DNA of 38,800 nucleotides. Source: a virus. Position numbers and translations under genes: made by a program. The notes below the pieces were generated by a model. That model searched no databases. It saw nothing but the letters and a program-made list of their open reading frames with translations, and was not told the origin of the DNA. The stretch lies in UHGV virus genome UHGV-0203104. One strand, given 5' to 3'. Shown here one piece after another: positions 9,748-18,732 of the stretch. Each line of letters opens with the position of its first letter. The first letter of the stretch is position 1.

Positions 9748-10269
9748 ATGATGCCAGTTAGCTGTTACCTCTGCATTTTCTTAAACGTTGGTTTGGGAGA
9801 AGGCTCTGCATTACCTGTTGGTGTGCCTGTTCCATGGCCTTCAGCCACACCGCCAACAGGCTGGCTGAAATGCAACGGTGCGGCATTTTCTGCTGAAGAA
9901 TACCCGGAACTGGCAAAGGCTTATCCAACAAATAAATTACCTGATTTACGCGGTGAGTTTATTCGTGGCTGGGATGACGGGCGCGGTATTGATGCAGGAC
10001 GTGTTTTATTGAGTATTCAGGCCGGAATGCTGGAAAAGCACCGTCATCCTGTTGTCGCCAACGATGGGTATGACTCAAAAGAGGAATGGGAACTGGCGAC
10101 AATCTTCAGAAGAGCATATACGCAAGGCAGGGGGCTTGATGCTGCCGCTGCCGGAGGGAGTCTGATCCCATCACCGACACTTCATTCACGAGGGAGTATC
10201 GGTAATACTGGCGGGAATGAAACCCGTCCACGAAATATTGCATTTAACTATATCGTGAGGGCTGTATAA
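9748..10269 (+). CDS. Alternative tail-fibre C-terminal cassette (silent; fused to H after inversion)
   Basis: Track ORF 9748..10269; its first codons overlap the crossover site and encode GLGE, the same tetrapeptide encoded at the site inside H (YLGLGE); no independent promoter or RBS context. Confidence 0.6.
   Translation: MMPVSCYLCIFLNVGLGEGSALPVGVPVPWPSATPPTGWLKCNGAAFSAEEYPELAKAYPTNKLPDLRGEFIRGWDDGRGIDAGRVLLSIQAGMLEKHRHPVVANDGYDSKEEWELATIFRRAYTQGRGLDAAAAGGSLIPSPTLHSRGSIGNTGGNETRPRNIAFNYIVRAV
9776..9802. other. Invertase crossover site (gix/hix-like), left end of invertible segment
   Basis: TTCTTAAACGTTGGTTTGGGAGAAG; the core GGTTTGGGAGAAG recurs in inverted orientation at 11665-11677. 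Confidence 0.6.
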
Positions 10270-10871
10270 TGGATAACGCCGTATTAAATAGCGAGCTTAT
10301 TACCACGAAGGCGGGGAATATTACCGTCTATAACTATGATGGTGAGACGCGGGAATATATTTCTGCATCAACTGAATATCTTGCAGTGGGTGTCGGTATT
10401 CCAGCATATTCCTGTTTAGACGCTCCTGGTACATCTAAGGCTGGTTATACAATTTGCCGTTCTGTGGATTTAAAATCATGGGAATATGTGTCAGACCATC
10501 GCGGTGAAATCATCTATAACACCGAAACGGGAGATGCCAAAGAAATCACAGCACTAGGCGACTATCCCGAAAATACAACCACTATCGCCCCGTTAACGCC
10601 ATACGATAAATGGGATGGTGAAAAATGGGTGACAGATACTGAGGCACAACACGGTGCCGCAGTAGAAGCGGCAGAAGCACAGCGCCAGTCACTTATTGAT
10701 GCAGCAATGGCTTCCATCAGTCTGATTCAACTGAAATTGCAGGCCGGACGTAAACTGACGCAGGCAGAAACAACCAGACTTAACGCTGTGCTGGATTACA
10801 TTGACGCGGTGACGGCAACAGATACCAGCACCGCGCCGGATGTCATCTGGCCTGAACTGCCGGAGGCGTAG
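10269..10871 (+). CDS. Tail-fibre assembly chaperone, alternative copy
   Basis: 200 aa; C-terminus TSTAPDVIWPELP parallels the C-terminus of the convergent chaperone gene (TSSAPDIEWPTPP). Confidence 0.7.
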   Translation: MDNAVLNSELITTKAGNITVYNYDGETREYISASTEYLAVGVGIPAYSCLDAPGTSKAGYTICRSVDLKSWEYVSDHRGEIIYNTETGDAKEITALGDYPENTTTIAPLTPYDKWDGEKWVTDTEAQHGAAVEAAEAQRQSLIDAAMASISLIQLKLQAGRKLTQAETTRLNAVLDYIDAVTATDTSTAPDVIWPELPEA

Positions 10872-11295
10872 GCCATTCAATATCTGGCGCACTGGAGGTA
10901 TCAACCAGCTCCAGTGCATCCAGATAATCCAGCCACAAATTATATTGCGCCAGTTCCTCACCTTTCAGACGACCAATAGCGGCTTTACCGGGCCATTGCT
11001 TACTGTTCATGTATTCGTTGGCCTGGTTAATTAGTAGCTGTCTTTCTGATTCAGTAATTTCAATAAGCTCTTCATGCGTGGGTGGAGGAATATCTGCCCA
11101 CGCAGGCAGCCCATCATCTCCGGCAATACGGATTTTTCCTTGTGGCGGTTCAGCCATAAACTCACTGATAATATTTTGATTTACTTCCTTAGCGTCTGAT
11201 AAATCCCATCCCTCTGATTTATATTTATCAATCATATCCACAGGGAAAAAAGCATTATGCCTTGCGCTATAAACATATTCGTTCATATAAATCAC
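10843..11295 (-). CDS. Tail-fibre assembly chaperone (G-like), active orientation
   Basis: 150 aa immediately downstream of H on the same strand; Tfa-like. Confidence 0.7.
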   Translation of the reverse strand: MIYMNEYVYSARHNAFFPVDMIDKYKSEGWDLSDAKEVNQNIISEFMAEPPQGKIRIAGDDGLPAWADIPPPTHEELIEITESERQLLINQANEYMNSKQWPGKAAIGRLKGEELAQYNLWLDYLDALELVDTSSAPDIEWPTPPAVQAR

Positions 11296-11306
11296 CCTGA
11301 ATAAAA

Positions 11307-12728
11307 TTACTCACCAACAGCCCACCAACTGTAATTCATCGATACCGTGTCGCTGGTTGATGACGTTCTGTAAGCAGAATTAAAGCCGGTTAACGTTGGG
11401 CCTTCTGCAGTCATCACGAACCCTCGCCCAGCGCCTAAAGGCGCACCGCCATCACCAGAATGAGTAAGCATGGCGCAGTCCGCTTTTTTGGGGAAAGGGA
11501 TGCTGAATGTAATTCTCATTGTTTGCGTCGATAATGTCGGCGTAACCGCACCACGACCATATTGCAGGATTTTCCCGTTGGGTAATTTCATCCATCCATC
11601 ACCACTGGCAAAAGAGGCCATATCAGGTATCTGATTCGCCCCTGTCCCTACATTCCTTTTAGCTGCTTCTCCCAAACCAAGGTATGCGAGAAGACCAGCT
11701 ACATCCTTTCCACTCAAATTGGTAAGCGTATTGTCCAGCGGTTGTTTACCTGCCAGCGCATTAAGCATTGTCGTGGCAAAGTTCGGATCATTCCCCAGTG
11801 CCGCCGCCAGTTCGTTCAGTGTATCCAGTGCCGCAGGTGCAGAACCCACCATTGCTGCAATCGCTGATTTCACAAAAGCTGTAGTGGCAATCTGTGTATT
11901 GTTGACCGACTGTGCCGCAGTAGGTGCTGTTGGCGTTCCGGTGAGTGCCGGACTCGACAGTGGGGCTTTTAGTGCCAGCGCATTGTTAATAGTGGTACTG
12001 AATTTCGGGTCATTGTTAATGGCTGCGGCAATTTCTTTCAGTGTGTCCAGCGTGGCTGGCGCACCGTTAATCAGAGCAGTAATAGCGGCCTGAACAAACT
12101 CAGTGGTCGCAATCCGCGTGGTGTTATTTCCTGCTGCAGGCGTCGGCGCTTTTGGTTCTCCGGTAAATGTCGGATTATGTTTCTGCGCATACTGGGTATG
12201 AGGATCTTGTGCGGCAATGTGGTTTCTCATCTGGTCATCCACATACAGCTTTAATTCCAGGACTTCATCATCCACGTATTTACGGGTTGCCAGCACTACA
12301 GCAGGGTCGATTTTCAGGGTGATATTGTCCGTACTGCTGGTAATCAGCACCATGCGCACGGTCTGGGTGCGCCCGCTGCCTTCAGCCAGTTGCGGTTTAT
12401 AGCTTTCCGGGCAGTTTCCCACGGCAATCAATGCCCCTGACTCATCAAACAGGCCCACTTCACGTATCCACCAACCGCCCTCGTTTTCAGGGATCACCTG
12501 TTCAGCAATAATCTGGCTGCTGTTCTGCGGGTCGATATAGAGCATATTCAGCGCAGCCCGGCGTTTCTCATTTACCAGTGCACTCTGCTTTGCGTCCGGC
12601 GTCGGCAATGTTCCGCCACCATCGCCCACCGCCATATGGGTAATTTTTAAAGGCACACCGAGCGCGGCGGCGCTGGCAAGTTTCGCCGCGCCAATATCCG
12701 TCAGCAGGGTATAAAATTTTGTGCTCAT
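11307..12728 (-). CDS. H: Tail fibre protein (H homolog); C-terminal third lies inside the invertible segment
   Basis: 473 aa with repeated NDPxF / ALAxKxPL collar-like motifs; crossover site at 11664-11690 lies in-frame inside the gene. Confidence 0.85.
   Translation of the reverse strand: MSTKFYTLLTDIGAAKLASAAALGVPLKITHMAVGDGGGTLPTPDAKQSALVNEKRRAALNMLYIDPQNSSQIIAEQVIPENEGGWWIREVGLFDESGALIAVGNCPESYKPQLAEGSGRTQTVRMVLITSSTDNITLKIDPAVVLATRKYVDDEVLELKLYVDDQMRNHIAAQDPHTQYAQKHNPTFTGEPKAPTPAAGNNTTRIATTEFVQAAITALINGAPATLDTLKEIAAAINNDPKFSTTINNALALKAPLSSPALTGTPTAPTAAQSVNNTQIATTAFVKSAIAAMVGSAPAALDTLNELAAALGNDPNFATTMLNALAGKQPLDNTLTNLSGKDVAGLLAYLGLGEAAKRNVGTGANQIPDMASFASGDGWMKLPNGKILQYGRGAVTPTLSTQTMRITFSIPFPKKADCAMLTHSGDGGAPLGAGRGFVMTAEGPTLTGFNSAYRTSSTSDTVSMNYSWWAVGE
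11664..11690. other. Invertase crossover site (gix/hix-like), right end of invertible segment inside H
   Basis: CTTCTCCCAAACCAAGGTATGCGAGAA with imperfect dyad half-sites TTCTCCCAAACC / TTCTCGCATACC; inverted copy of the 9776-9802 core. Confidence 0.6.
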
Positions 12729-13330
12729 GGATTCACTCTCATTGTGTCAATAACATGGACCGCCCCGCCTTCATGCGCGGTGCCGCCGGAAATAATTGTT
12801 TCGTTGATATACGGATAGATCGTGATTTCTTCGCCAAGATAGCTGGCGGCTCCCACCCAATGCGGGCCGCTGGTCTGCAGATTGATGGACATGCCGATCA
12901 TGTGACGGCTACATGGTTTGGCATCGCTTATCAGTCGCTCAAGTTCCAGATAGGTATCTTCAGTGATGCCCTGGTCCTGCACGCCGATATCCAGGCGAAA
13001 CGTACCCGGTGTTTCTCCGGTCTGCCACCACTCAATAATGCGGATCAGGAAGCCGAACGGCTCCACCACCCGCCGCACGGCACTGGTGGTTCCTTTATGC
13101 TGATGAATATAAAAAGCATCCTTCACCACCTGTCGTTTGACGCTTTCCGTCCAGCCCTCGTCCCAGCGATCCACAGAGAACGCCCAGGCGAGATAAGGCA
13201 GGAAGCTGACCGGGCAGGTAGCCGGATTCCACAAGTCACGCAGCGGCACCTGCAGATCAGAAATCCCGCTGCACGTTTGCGCCAGTCGGCGCTCCAGTGA
13301 AGTTGACCCCGATGGCAGCAGACTATTCAT
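12725..13330 (-). CDS. I: Baseplate assembly protein I homolog
   Basis: 201 aa, coupled between J and H in P2 order. Confidence 0.8.
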   Translation of the reverse strand: MNSLLPSGSTSLERRLAQTCSGISDLQVPLRDLWNPATCPVSFLPYLAWAFSVDRWDEGWTESVKRQVVKDAFYIHQHKGTTSAVRRVVEPFGFLIRIIEWWQTGETPGTFRLDIGVQDQGITEDTYLELERLISDAKPCSRHMIGMSINLQTSGPHWVGAASYLGEEITIYPYINETIISGGTAHEGGAVHVIDTMRVNP

Positions 13331-14270
13331 CCGTTCCCCCGTTGGTCACGCTCCACTCCGTACATGATGCCGCCTGCGTTTTGTTCAAAACCACATCCGC
13401 CAGCGGCGAAGCCAGCTCCACACGCTGCACACCCTCAACATGCAGGGCGGCAAAGATGGCGCTACGGCGAATATCCCGACCAAGCCGCGTCTGACTGGCG
13501 ATGTATTTCTGCAGGCTGGCTTTTGCCGCTGCCATTACCGGCTCTGCTTCCGGCCCCGGATAGAGAAAAATGGTGGCTTCCACACGGTACGGGATGATTT
13601 CTGCGCTGCGAACCGTCAGACGGTCAGCCACCGGGCGGACATTCTCACTGTTCAGGGCTTTCTCCACCACATCCAGCAAATCTTTTTCTGCTGTTCCGTC
13701 GCCTTCACGGCTCAGGACAGTCAGTACCACCTCTGCAGGTGCCGGACTGGTTGCACTGGCATCCGCCACCCGACCGTCGGCGCTTCGGGCATGAAATTCA
13801 TAAGCGGCAGTTGGCCCCGCAACAGAAAGCCCTTCAAAGGCTGCGGGCACACGCAGGCGTAACGCTTCATCGCTTTCCATCACAGCCGCAACGGGTGGCA
13901 CAGCGTCATTATCAGCAGGCGTCACCGTCAGGCGTTTCACGTTGTAGTTGGCAGCGAGCTGGTCAAGATCGCCGCCCATCGCGTAAGCCACCATCACCGC
14001 CTGCGCGGCTTCGTTAATGCGCTGGCGCAGAAGCAACTCACGGTAAGCGTTCTCCTGCAGCAATTTGGTGACGGGTTCAGATTCCAGTTCCAGCGTGCGG
14101 ATCACGGCTTCCTGCTCATCTTTCGGATGAAGCGCAACAAATTCGGCCTTGCGTTCGGCAAGCAACGTCTCAAAGTCCGGCACATCGACAATCTGCGGCG
14201 CAGGCAACTGCGAAAGGTCAATCACTGCCATTCTCTGCTCCTGTTGATACGGAAAGGGAAACAGGCACAC
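13323..14270 (-). CDS. J: Baseplate wedge protein J homolog
   Basis: 315 aa; P2 J is about 302 aa; synteny V-W-J-I-H. Confidence 0.8.
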   Translation of the reverse strand: MCLFPFPYQQEQRMAVIDLSQLPAPQIVDVPDFETLLAERKAEFVALHPKDEQEAVIRTLELESEPVTKLLQENAYRELLLRQRINEAAQAVMVAYAMGGDLDQLAANYNVKRLTVTPADNDAVPPVAAVMESDEALRLRVPAAFEGLSVAGPTAAYEFHARSADGRVADASATSPAPAEVVLTVLSREGDGTAEKDLLDVVEKALNSENVRPVADRLTVRSAEIIPYRVEATIFLYPGPEAEPVMAAAKASLQKYIASQTRLGRDIRRSAIFAALHVEGVQRVELASPLADVVLNKTQAASCTEWSVTNGGTDE

Positions 14271-14577
14271 CGTTATTACGCCGCCCGGTCAGTCCCACCA
14301 CCATTGAACCGTCAAAATTGCTGTTAATGGTGATGGAATCCAGCGTCAGCCGTGGCTCCCAGCGACTCAGCGCCACATACACTGCCGACATGACCTGCAG
14401 GCGTAATGCCGGATTTTGTGGCTGGTCTATCAGTGCCGACAGCAGGGAACCATATTCCCGACGGGCAATGCGGCTACCCTGCGGCGTCAGCAAAATGTCC
14501 CGCACCGACTGGCGCAGATGGTCAATATCAGTAATGGCTTTACCGCTGGTATTGTTCATCCCGCTATAAAGCGTCAT
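14218..14577 (-). CDS. W: Baseplate protein W homolog (gp25-like)
   Basis: 119 aa; P2 W is about 115 aa. Confidence 0.8.
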   Translation of the reverse strand: MTLYSGMNNTSGKAITDIDHLRQSVRDILLTPQGSRIARREYGSLLSALIDQPQNPALRLQVMSAVYVALSRWEPRLTLDSITINSNFDGSMVVGLTGRRNNGVPVSLSVSTGAENGSD

Positions 14578-15152
14578 ACCGGGCCTCCGGTTGTATCGCC
14601 GCCTTTCAGGACGCCAGTATGCTGATGCGCATCAACCACGATCCCGTTAGAACTCATCGCTCCGCCGCCCTGAGTAACGCCACCATTGACCACCACTTCG
14701 CTGTTAATACGCGTGCACTCAGCCTCCAGCACAAACTCACTGGTTTTCAGGGTGATGTTATCGGCAGCCTCAATGACCATGGATTTGATGCCCCTGACAT
14801 ACCAGCGCCCGGTGGCAGGTTCGTATTCAAACCAGCCACCGTCAGGATGTTCTGTCACGCAGGCGTCCGCCGACGTCGACGGTGGTGCGAACTGATTCGA
14901 ATAGATGGCGGGCAGCGCAAAAGCTGTTTCCAGATTACCGCCCATACTCAGCAGCACCACCTGCTCACCTTCCGATGGTCGCCACCATGTCCGGGCATTC
15001 CCGGCACGCAGCGTCAGCCAGCTGATCCAGTTGGTTTCAAGGTCGCCCGTTTTCACCCGGCAAAGCCAGTTTGTCCTGTCCACTTCGGTGACTACCCCAG
15101 TGCGGATCAGGTTGGTGATAAGGCGCATGATTTCTGTTAGATTTTTGTCCAT
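14574..15152 (-). CDS. V: Baseplate spike / central hub protein V homolog
   Basis: 192 aa; N-terminus aligns to P2 V (..MIRTGxV.E.D...RV.TG.....W..W...RAG..RTWW.PS.GEQV); ends in a Gly-rich tip. Confidence 0.85.
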   Translation of the reverse strand: MDKNLTEIMRLITNLIRTGVVTEVDRTNWLCRVKTGDLETNWISWLTLRAGNARTWWRPSEGEQVVLLSMGGNLETAFALPAIYSNQFAPPSTSADACVTEHPDGGWFEYEPATGRWYVRGIKSMVIEAADNITLKTSEFVLEAECTRINSEVVVNGGVTQGGGAMSSNGIVVDAHQHTGVLKGGDTTGGPV

Positions 15153-15198
15153 ATATTAAATATGAATGAAAAAAACCATATAATCGCTTACAGTTCGT

Positions 15199-15216
15199 TG
15201 TATAAAACATGGTACA
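15199..15216. promoter_or_regulatory. TGT-N12-ACA element between V and the 15231 cargo gene (possible displaced late-promoter activator site)
   Basis: TGTATAAAACATGGTACA at 15199-15216; its spacing to the V start is about 20 bp shorter than expected for a -55 site, so the assignment is tentative. Confidence 0.25.
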
Positions 15217-15230
15217 AATAGGGAAACACA

Positions 15231-16250
15231 ATGGATTTTAAAGAATGGTTAAGCTCAAATAAAAACAGTCTTCCCGATGCAACCAGAGAAAATTTTGAAA
15301 AGCTATACTGGGAGTTCATAGACTTCAAAGCAAATGAATACATGTCGGAATTTAAAGAAAAAAAAGCAGAATTACTGGCCCAAAATGAACAAGAACATCA
15401 AAATTTCATAAAAAGACATATTAATATTTGGAGAGATGGTTTTGGATTATTAGAGTTGTTGTTAGAGTTATGTATTAATCAAGGTTCTAAATATAGTACA
15501 AGCTTACAACAAGATAAAGACACCGACACAAACAACCATTTGCAATTACTAATTAGATTACACGCAAAGGCATGTGCAATTTCTAACGAGATTTTATGTC
15601 TATTAAAAAATGGATTTCCTGACGCAGCCCATGCAAGATGGAGAGCACTGCATGAAACAAATGTAACACTACATTTCATCGACAAGCATGGTCCTAAATG
15701 CTCAGAAATATTTTTAGCACATGAAATTTATGATAGCTATTATCTAATGATGTCACATAAAAAGTATGAAAGCAGGCTTCAAGAGAAAGGGCCCAGTAAT
15801 GAAGAGGCCAGAGAATTAACAGACTTGTTCGATAAAGCCATTAAAACATATGGCAGAAGTTTTGATTCGCAATATGGTTGGGCCACACCATTTTTAACTG
15901 ATAAGAAACACAAAGCTAGCTTTAAATCAATTGAAAAAGAAGTTAAATTAGATCACATGCGCCCATATTTTAAATGGGCATGCCAAAACATCCATGTAAA
16001 TATAAAAACAATCACTAATAGCTTGTCACTACCCCATCACCTGAAGAACGTCATCAACATAGGTCCAAGTAATTTCGGATTAGTTGACCCTGCACATGCT
16101 ACAGCCCTTAGTCTTACTCAATCAACGTGCTGTCTACTGAAAAATGACTGCAACGAAGAGAATTTAATTTTCATGAATTTAATTAAACAACTATCTATAG
16201 AAATAGGGGACACATTCCTATCTATATCTAACTCAATTGAAAACAAATAA
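15231..16250 (+). CDS. AT-rich cargo gene inserted between V and S; hypothetical protein with a possible HEPN-like R-x4-H motif
   Basis: 339-aa ORF on the opposite strand to the flanking tail genes; visibly AT-rich against GC-rich neighbours; AGGG RBS 6 nt before ATG; stop codon 3 nt from the S stop codon. Contains HARWRALHE (R136-x4-H141). Confidence 0.7.
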   Translation: MDFKEWLSSNKNSLPDATRENFEKLYWEFIDFKANEYMSEFKEKKAELLAQNEQEHQNFIKRHINIWRDGFGLLELLLELCINQGSKYSTSLQQDKDTDTNNHLQLLIRLHAKACAISNEILCLLKNGFPDAAHARWRALHETNVTLHFIDKHGPKCSEIFLAHEIYDSYYLMMSHKKYESRLQEKGPSNEEARELTDLFDKAIKTYGRSFDSQYGWATPFLTDKKHKASFKSIEKEVKLDHMRPYFKWACQNIHVNIKTITNSLSLPHHLKNVINIGPSNFGLVDPAHATALSLTQSTCCLLKNDCNEENLIFMNLIKQLSIEIGDTFLSISNSIENK

Positions 16251-16253
16251 AAA

Positions 16254-16697
16254 TCAAGTTAGGTTTTTAATGAACATTCTTTCAATTAACTCAATAGATT
16301 GGACATTAAAACCTAATAACTGCCTTTTCGCATAGATGGTATAAATACCTTTTCGACTGACGCGATCGCGCAAGCCGTAATGGTGAACACGGGCAATGCG
16401 CTGCACCCTACCTTCAAACTGTACGCTGGCAGAATCGGCGCTGGCTGCAGTTTTCAGGTATTTTGTGGTGCGCAGCTTTGTAAACATCTGACGTTTGATG
16501 CGCCCCTTTTTGCTGCGTGCTGTTACCCTGCGCGGCTCATAACTGCTGCCATCTGGATTGCGCTGCATCCTGATGTTCTGCTGCTGTGTCCGGCGCAGTT
16601 CCTGCGCCAGCTGGCGCATCATGCGGCTTCTTGCGGCTGGCTCCAGATTCGCCAATAATGCACTCAGCCAGTCGTCCACCTTCTGCAATTCAGCCAC
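16254..16697 (-). CDS. S: Tail completion protein S homolog
   Basis: 147 aa; P2 S is about 150 aa; follows R. Confidence 0.8.
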   Translation of the reverse strand: MAELQKVDDWLSALLANLEPAARSRMMRQLAQELRRTQQQNIRMQRNPDGSSYEPRRVTARSKKGRIKRQMFTKLRTTKYLKTAASADSASVQFEGRVQRIARVHHYGLRDRVSRKGIYTIYAKRQLLGFNVQSIELIERMFIKNLT

Positions 16698-17205
16698 GTT
16701 TCACCGCCCACATTTCTTCAGGTTCATCAGGTTCCGCTACCGCTTCAACGTTCGACACACTGCCGTCAGTGCTGACCAGCACACGCTCCGTCAGTTGCAG
16801 GTTAAGGCTGATATCACAGACATCGTTGCGCAGAATATCCACCTCAAAGGTGAATAGCTTTTCCCGTAACGCCGGGTTATTGATCGCATCGGGCTGGTTA
16901 TCCCGCAGCCACAGCAAAACCGGGGCCATCAGCAGATTCTGGTCGCCGCTGAAATCTTCAATCACCACGTTCAGGGTGTAGCGGTACTCCCATGACATGG
17001 AGCTAGCCCCGGAGGCAACCAGCGAACCGTTATCCACAAACAGATGCAGTTTGTCCGGGTTATTACGGACATAAGGCACTGCTTTATTGAGGGCGTGGCG
17101 CAGGGATTGTGGTTTGTTCACTGTTTCGCTCCTGACACGCAATAATCCTGTCCACTTTGTCTGCACAGACCGCCCAGGCGGCCTCCGTTTCATCCAGCAA
17201 CGCAT
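16690..17205 (-). CDS. R: Tail completion protein R homolog
   Basis: 171 aa, between the lysis cassette and S. Confidence 0.8.
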   Translation of the reverse strand: MRCWMKRRPPGRSVQTKWTGLLRVRSETVNKPQSLRHALNKAVPYVRNNPDKLHLFVDNGSLVASGASSMSWEYRYTLNVVIEDFSGDQNLLMAPVLLWLRDNQPDAINNPALREKLFTFEVDILRNDVCDISLNLQLTERVLVSTDGSVSNVEAVAEPDEPEEMWAVKRG

Positions 17206-17374
17206 TCAGATCACCGTTAGTGCGCGGCGCTGCCTGCTCCAGCCGACACGGCGTCACTCGCGGACAACCACTGACGGTAAGCTGCACCTCCGGTGAGTGC
17301 CGGACGTTCCCGCAGCCGGATAATGTCAGCAGGCAAAGGAGTATCAGCCCAGCGACGTAAATCCTCGTTCTCAC
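17084..17374 (-). CDS. lysC: Outer-membrane spanin lipoprotein (LysC/Rz1-like)
   Basis: 96 aa with signal peptide and lipobox LTLSGC, in an alternate frame overlapping the 3' end of lysB and the 5' end of R, as for P2 lysC. Confidence 0.7.
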   Translation of the reverse strand: MRTRIYVAGLILLCLLTLSGCGNVRHSPEVQLTVSGCPRVTPCRLEQAAPRTNGDLNALLDETEAAWAVCADKVDRIIACQERNSEQTTIPAPRPQ

Positions 17375-17645
17375 GTTTCAGTTCCTCAATCCGGCGTTGT
17401 CGTTGTCTCAGCAGTACACTGGTCTGTTCTGCTTCGGCATAGAGCCGCGCCTGCTCCCGGTTATTGGTTTCAGTCAGAATGGACAGGCTGATAAGCTGGC
17501 TGTTGCTCTTTGCCAGTGCCTGGCTTTTGCTCTGCAGCTCGTCTGCCTGCGTGCTGATGGTCTGGCTGGCATCAGCCAGCCGCCACGTCTGCCAGCCCAG
17601 CGCCGCCAGTAATAACGCCAGCACAACCAGCAGCAACCGGTTCAT
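17217..17645 (-). CDS. lysB: Inner-membrane spanin (LysB/Rz-like)
   Basis: 142 aa; N-terminal TM helix followed by a charged coiled-coil region. Confidence 0.75.
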   Translation of the reverse strand: MNRLLLVVLALLLAALGWQTWRLADASQTISTQADELQSKSQALAKSNSQLISLSILTETNNREQARLYAEAEQTSVLLRQRQRRIEELKRENEDLRRWADTPLPADIIRLRERPALTGGAAYRQWLSASDAVSAGAGSAAH

Positions 17646-18019
17646 GCGGCTACCTGTTGCGCCATCTGATTACGGGTGATCCAGAAGGCAATAACGGTCA
17701 GCAGATAAAAGACCAGGGTAATGGCCCACCCCGTCCAGGCGAGACTGACGACAATCAGCAATCGTATCACCCAGCTGATAAATACGTTTTCTTTTCGGGT
17801 AATTGTCTTCAGTAAAGATGCCCTCAACTCCTGCCAGAGCGGGCCATTCTTAATTAACGAAGCCAGTGCTACCGGAATTACCGCCCATGTCAGTAAACAG
17901 GCTACCCAAACGCCGGACGCTGCCAGTACCGGAAAAATCCCCTGCGGATACACCATTGCTGCGATTAACAGCGCCATCCATAACATCAGAAACAGCCCGC
18001 TGATTAATTTCTTTTTCAT
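17642..18019 (-). CDS. lysA: Lysis-timing membrane protein (LysA-like)
   Basis: Multi-TM hydrophobic protein; start placed at the Met of MKKKLISGLF, one base from the endolysin stop (the track ORF extends to 18091). Confidence 0.6.
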   Translation of the reverse strand: MKKKLISGLFLMLWMALLIAAMVYPQGIFPVLAASGVWVACLLTWAVIPVALASLIKNGPLWQELRASLLKTITRKENVFISWVIRLLIVVSLAWTGWAITLVFYLLTVIAFWITRNQMAQQVAA

Positions 18020-18020
18020 T

Positions 18021-18533
18021 TCAGTTTGCTCCCTGTAAACACCAGGCCATCTCCCGCGCACGGCGGTTATCCAGCCCCTGATTAAAAACACCTTTCACAT
18101 AAACCCAGCGCGGCAACTGTCGGCACGCATCCGCCCAGCGCCGCTGATTGAGCAATTTCACCAGCGTGGAACTGCAGGCATTGCCCGTACCCACGTTGAA
18201 GGCAAACGACACCGCAGCGTCATACACCTTCTGCGGCGGCTGTTGCTTCACACACCTTTCCAGCGCCCGCTCCACACGCAGCACGTTGGAGATCAGCCCT
18301 TCTGCTGCCTGTCGCTCCGTAATGGTTTTGCCGGGAATGACGCCCGACGTATTACCAATACCGTCGGTCCAGACACCCGCGCTGCACTGATACGGCTGCA
18401 GACGACAACCTTCGTAATCGGCAATCAGTTTCAGTCCCTCCACGGAGGTGTGAAGCTGTTGAAAACCCGGCAGCGTGGCAGCAATAGCCAGCACGGCCCC
18501 GACAAGGCAGCGTTTAACGATTGATGGATTCAT
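18021..18533 (-). CDS. K: Endolysin, T4-lysozyme-like (GH24) with N-terminal signal-anchor-release region (K homolog)
   Basis: N-terminal hydrophobic segment, then EGLKLIADYEGCRLQPYQCSAGVWTDGIGNT, which matches the E...D...T catalytic signature of T4-lysozyme-family endolysins. Confidence 0.85.
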   Translation of the reverse strand: MNPSIVKRCLVGAVLAIAATLPGFQQLHTSVEGLKLIADYEGCRLQPYQCSAGVWTDGIGNTSGVIPGKTITERQAAEGLISNVLRVERALERCVKQQPPQKVYDAAVSFAFNVGTGNACSSTLVKLLNQRRWADACRQLPRWVYVKGVFNQGLDNRRAREMAWCLQGAN

Positions 18534-18729
18534 AGTCCTCCCGCGAGATCTGCCCGTCGCGCAGAAGCTGGTAGGCTTTGTGTTTGTAGTACCAGTTGAT
18601 AGCCAGCATCAGCACACCAATCATCAGGCCGCCCAGCGTTGAGGCATCCTTGATGGACAAATCGCCCAGCCAGGCCAGCACGACGGCGATGCAATACGTG
18701 ATAAAGGCGCTGATTCGCTCAAGCGTCAT
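18514..18729 (-). CDS. Y: Holin
   Basis: 71 aa, two hydrophobic helices and a charged C-terminus, immediately upstream of the endolysin. Confidence 0.75.
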   Translation of the reverse strand: MTLERISAFITYCIAVVLAWLGDLSIKDASTLGGLMIGVLMLAINWYYKHKAYQLLRDGQISREDYESINR

Positions 18730-18732
18730 AAT

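Noticed and set aside
12719-13300. 193-aa plus-strand ORF overlapping baseplate gene I
   Set aside because: Antisense shadow ORF; the minus-strand gene fits P2 synteny and coupling.
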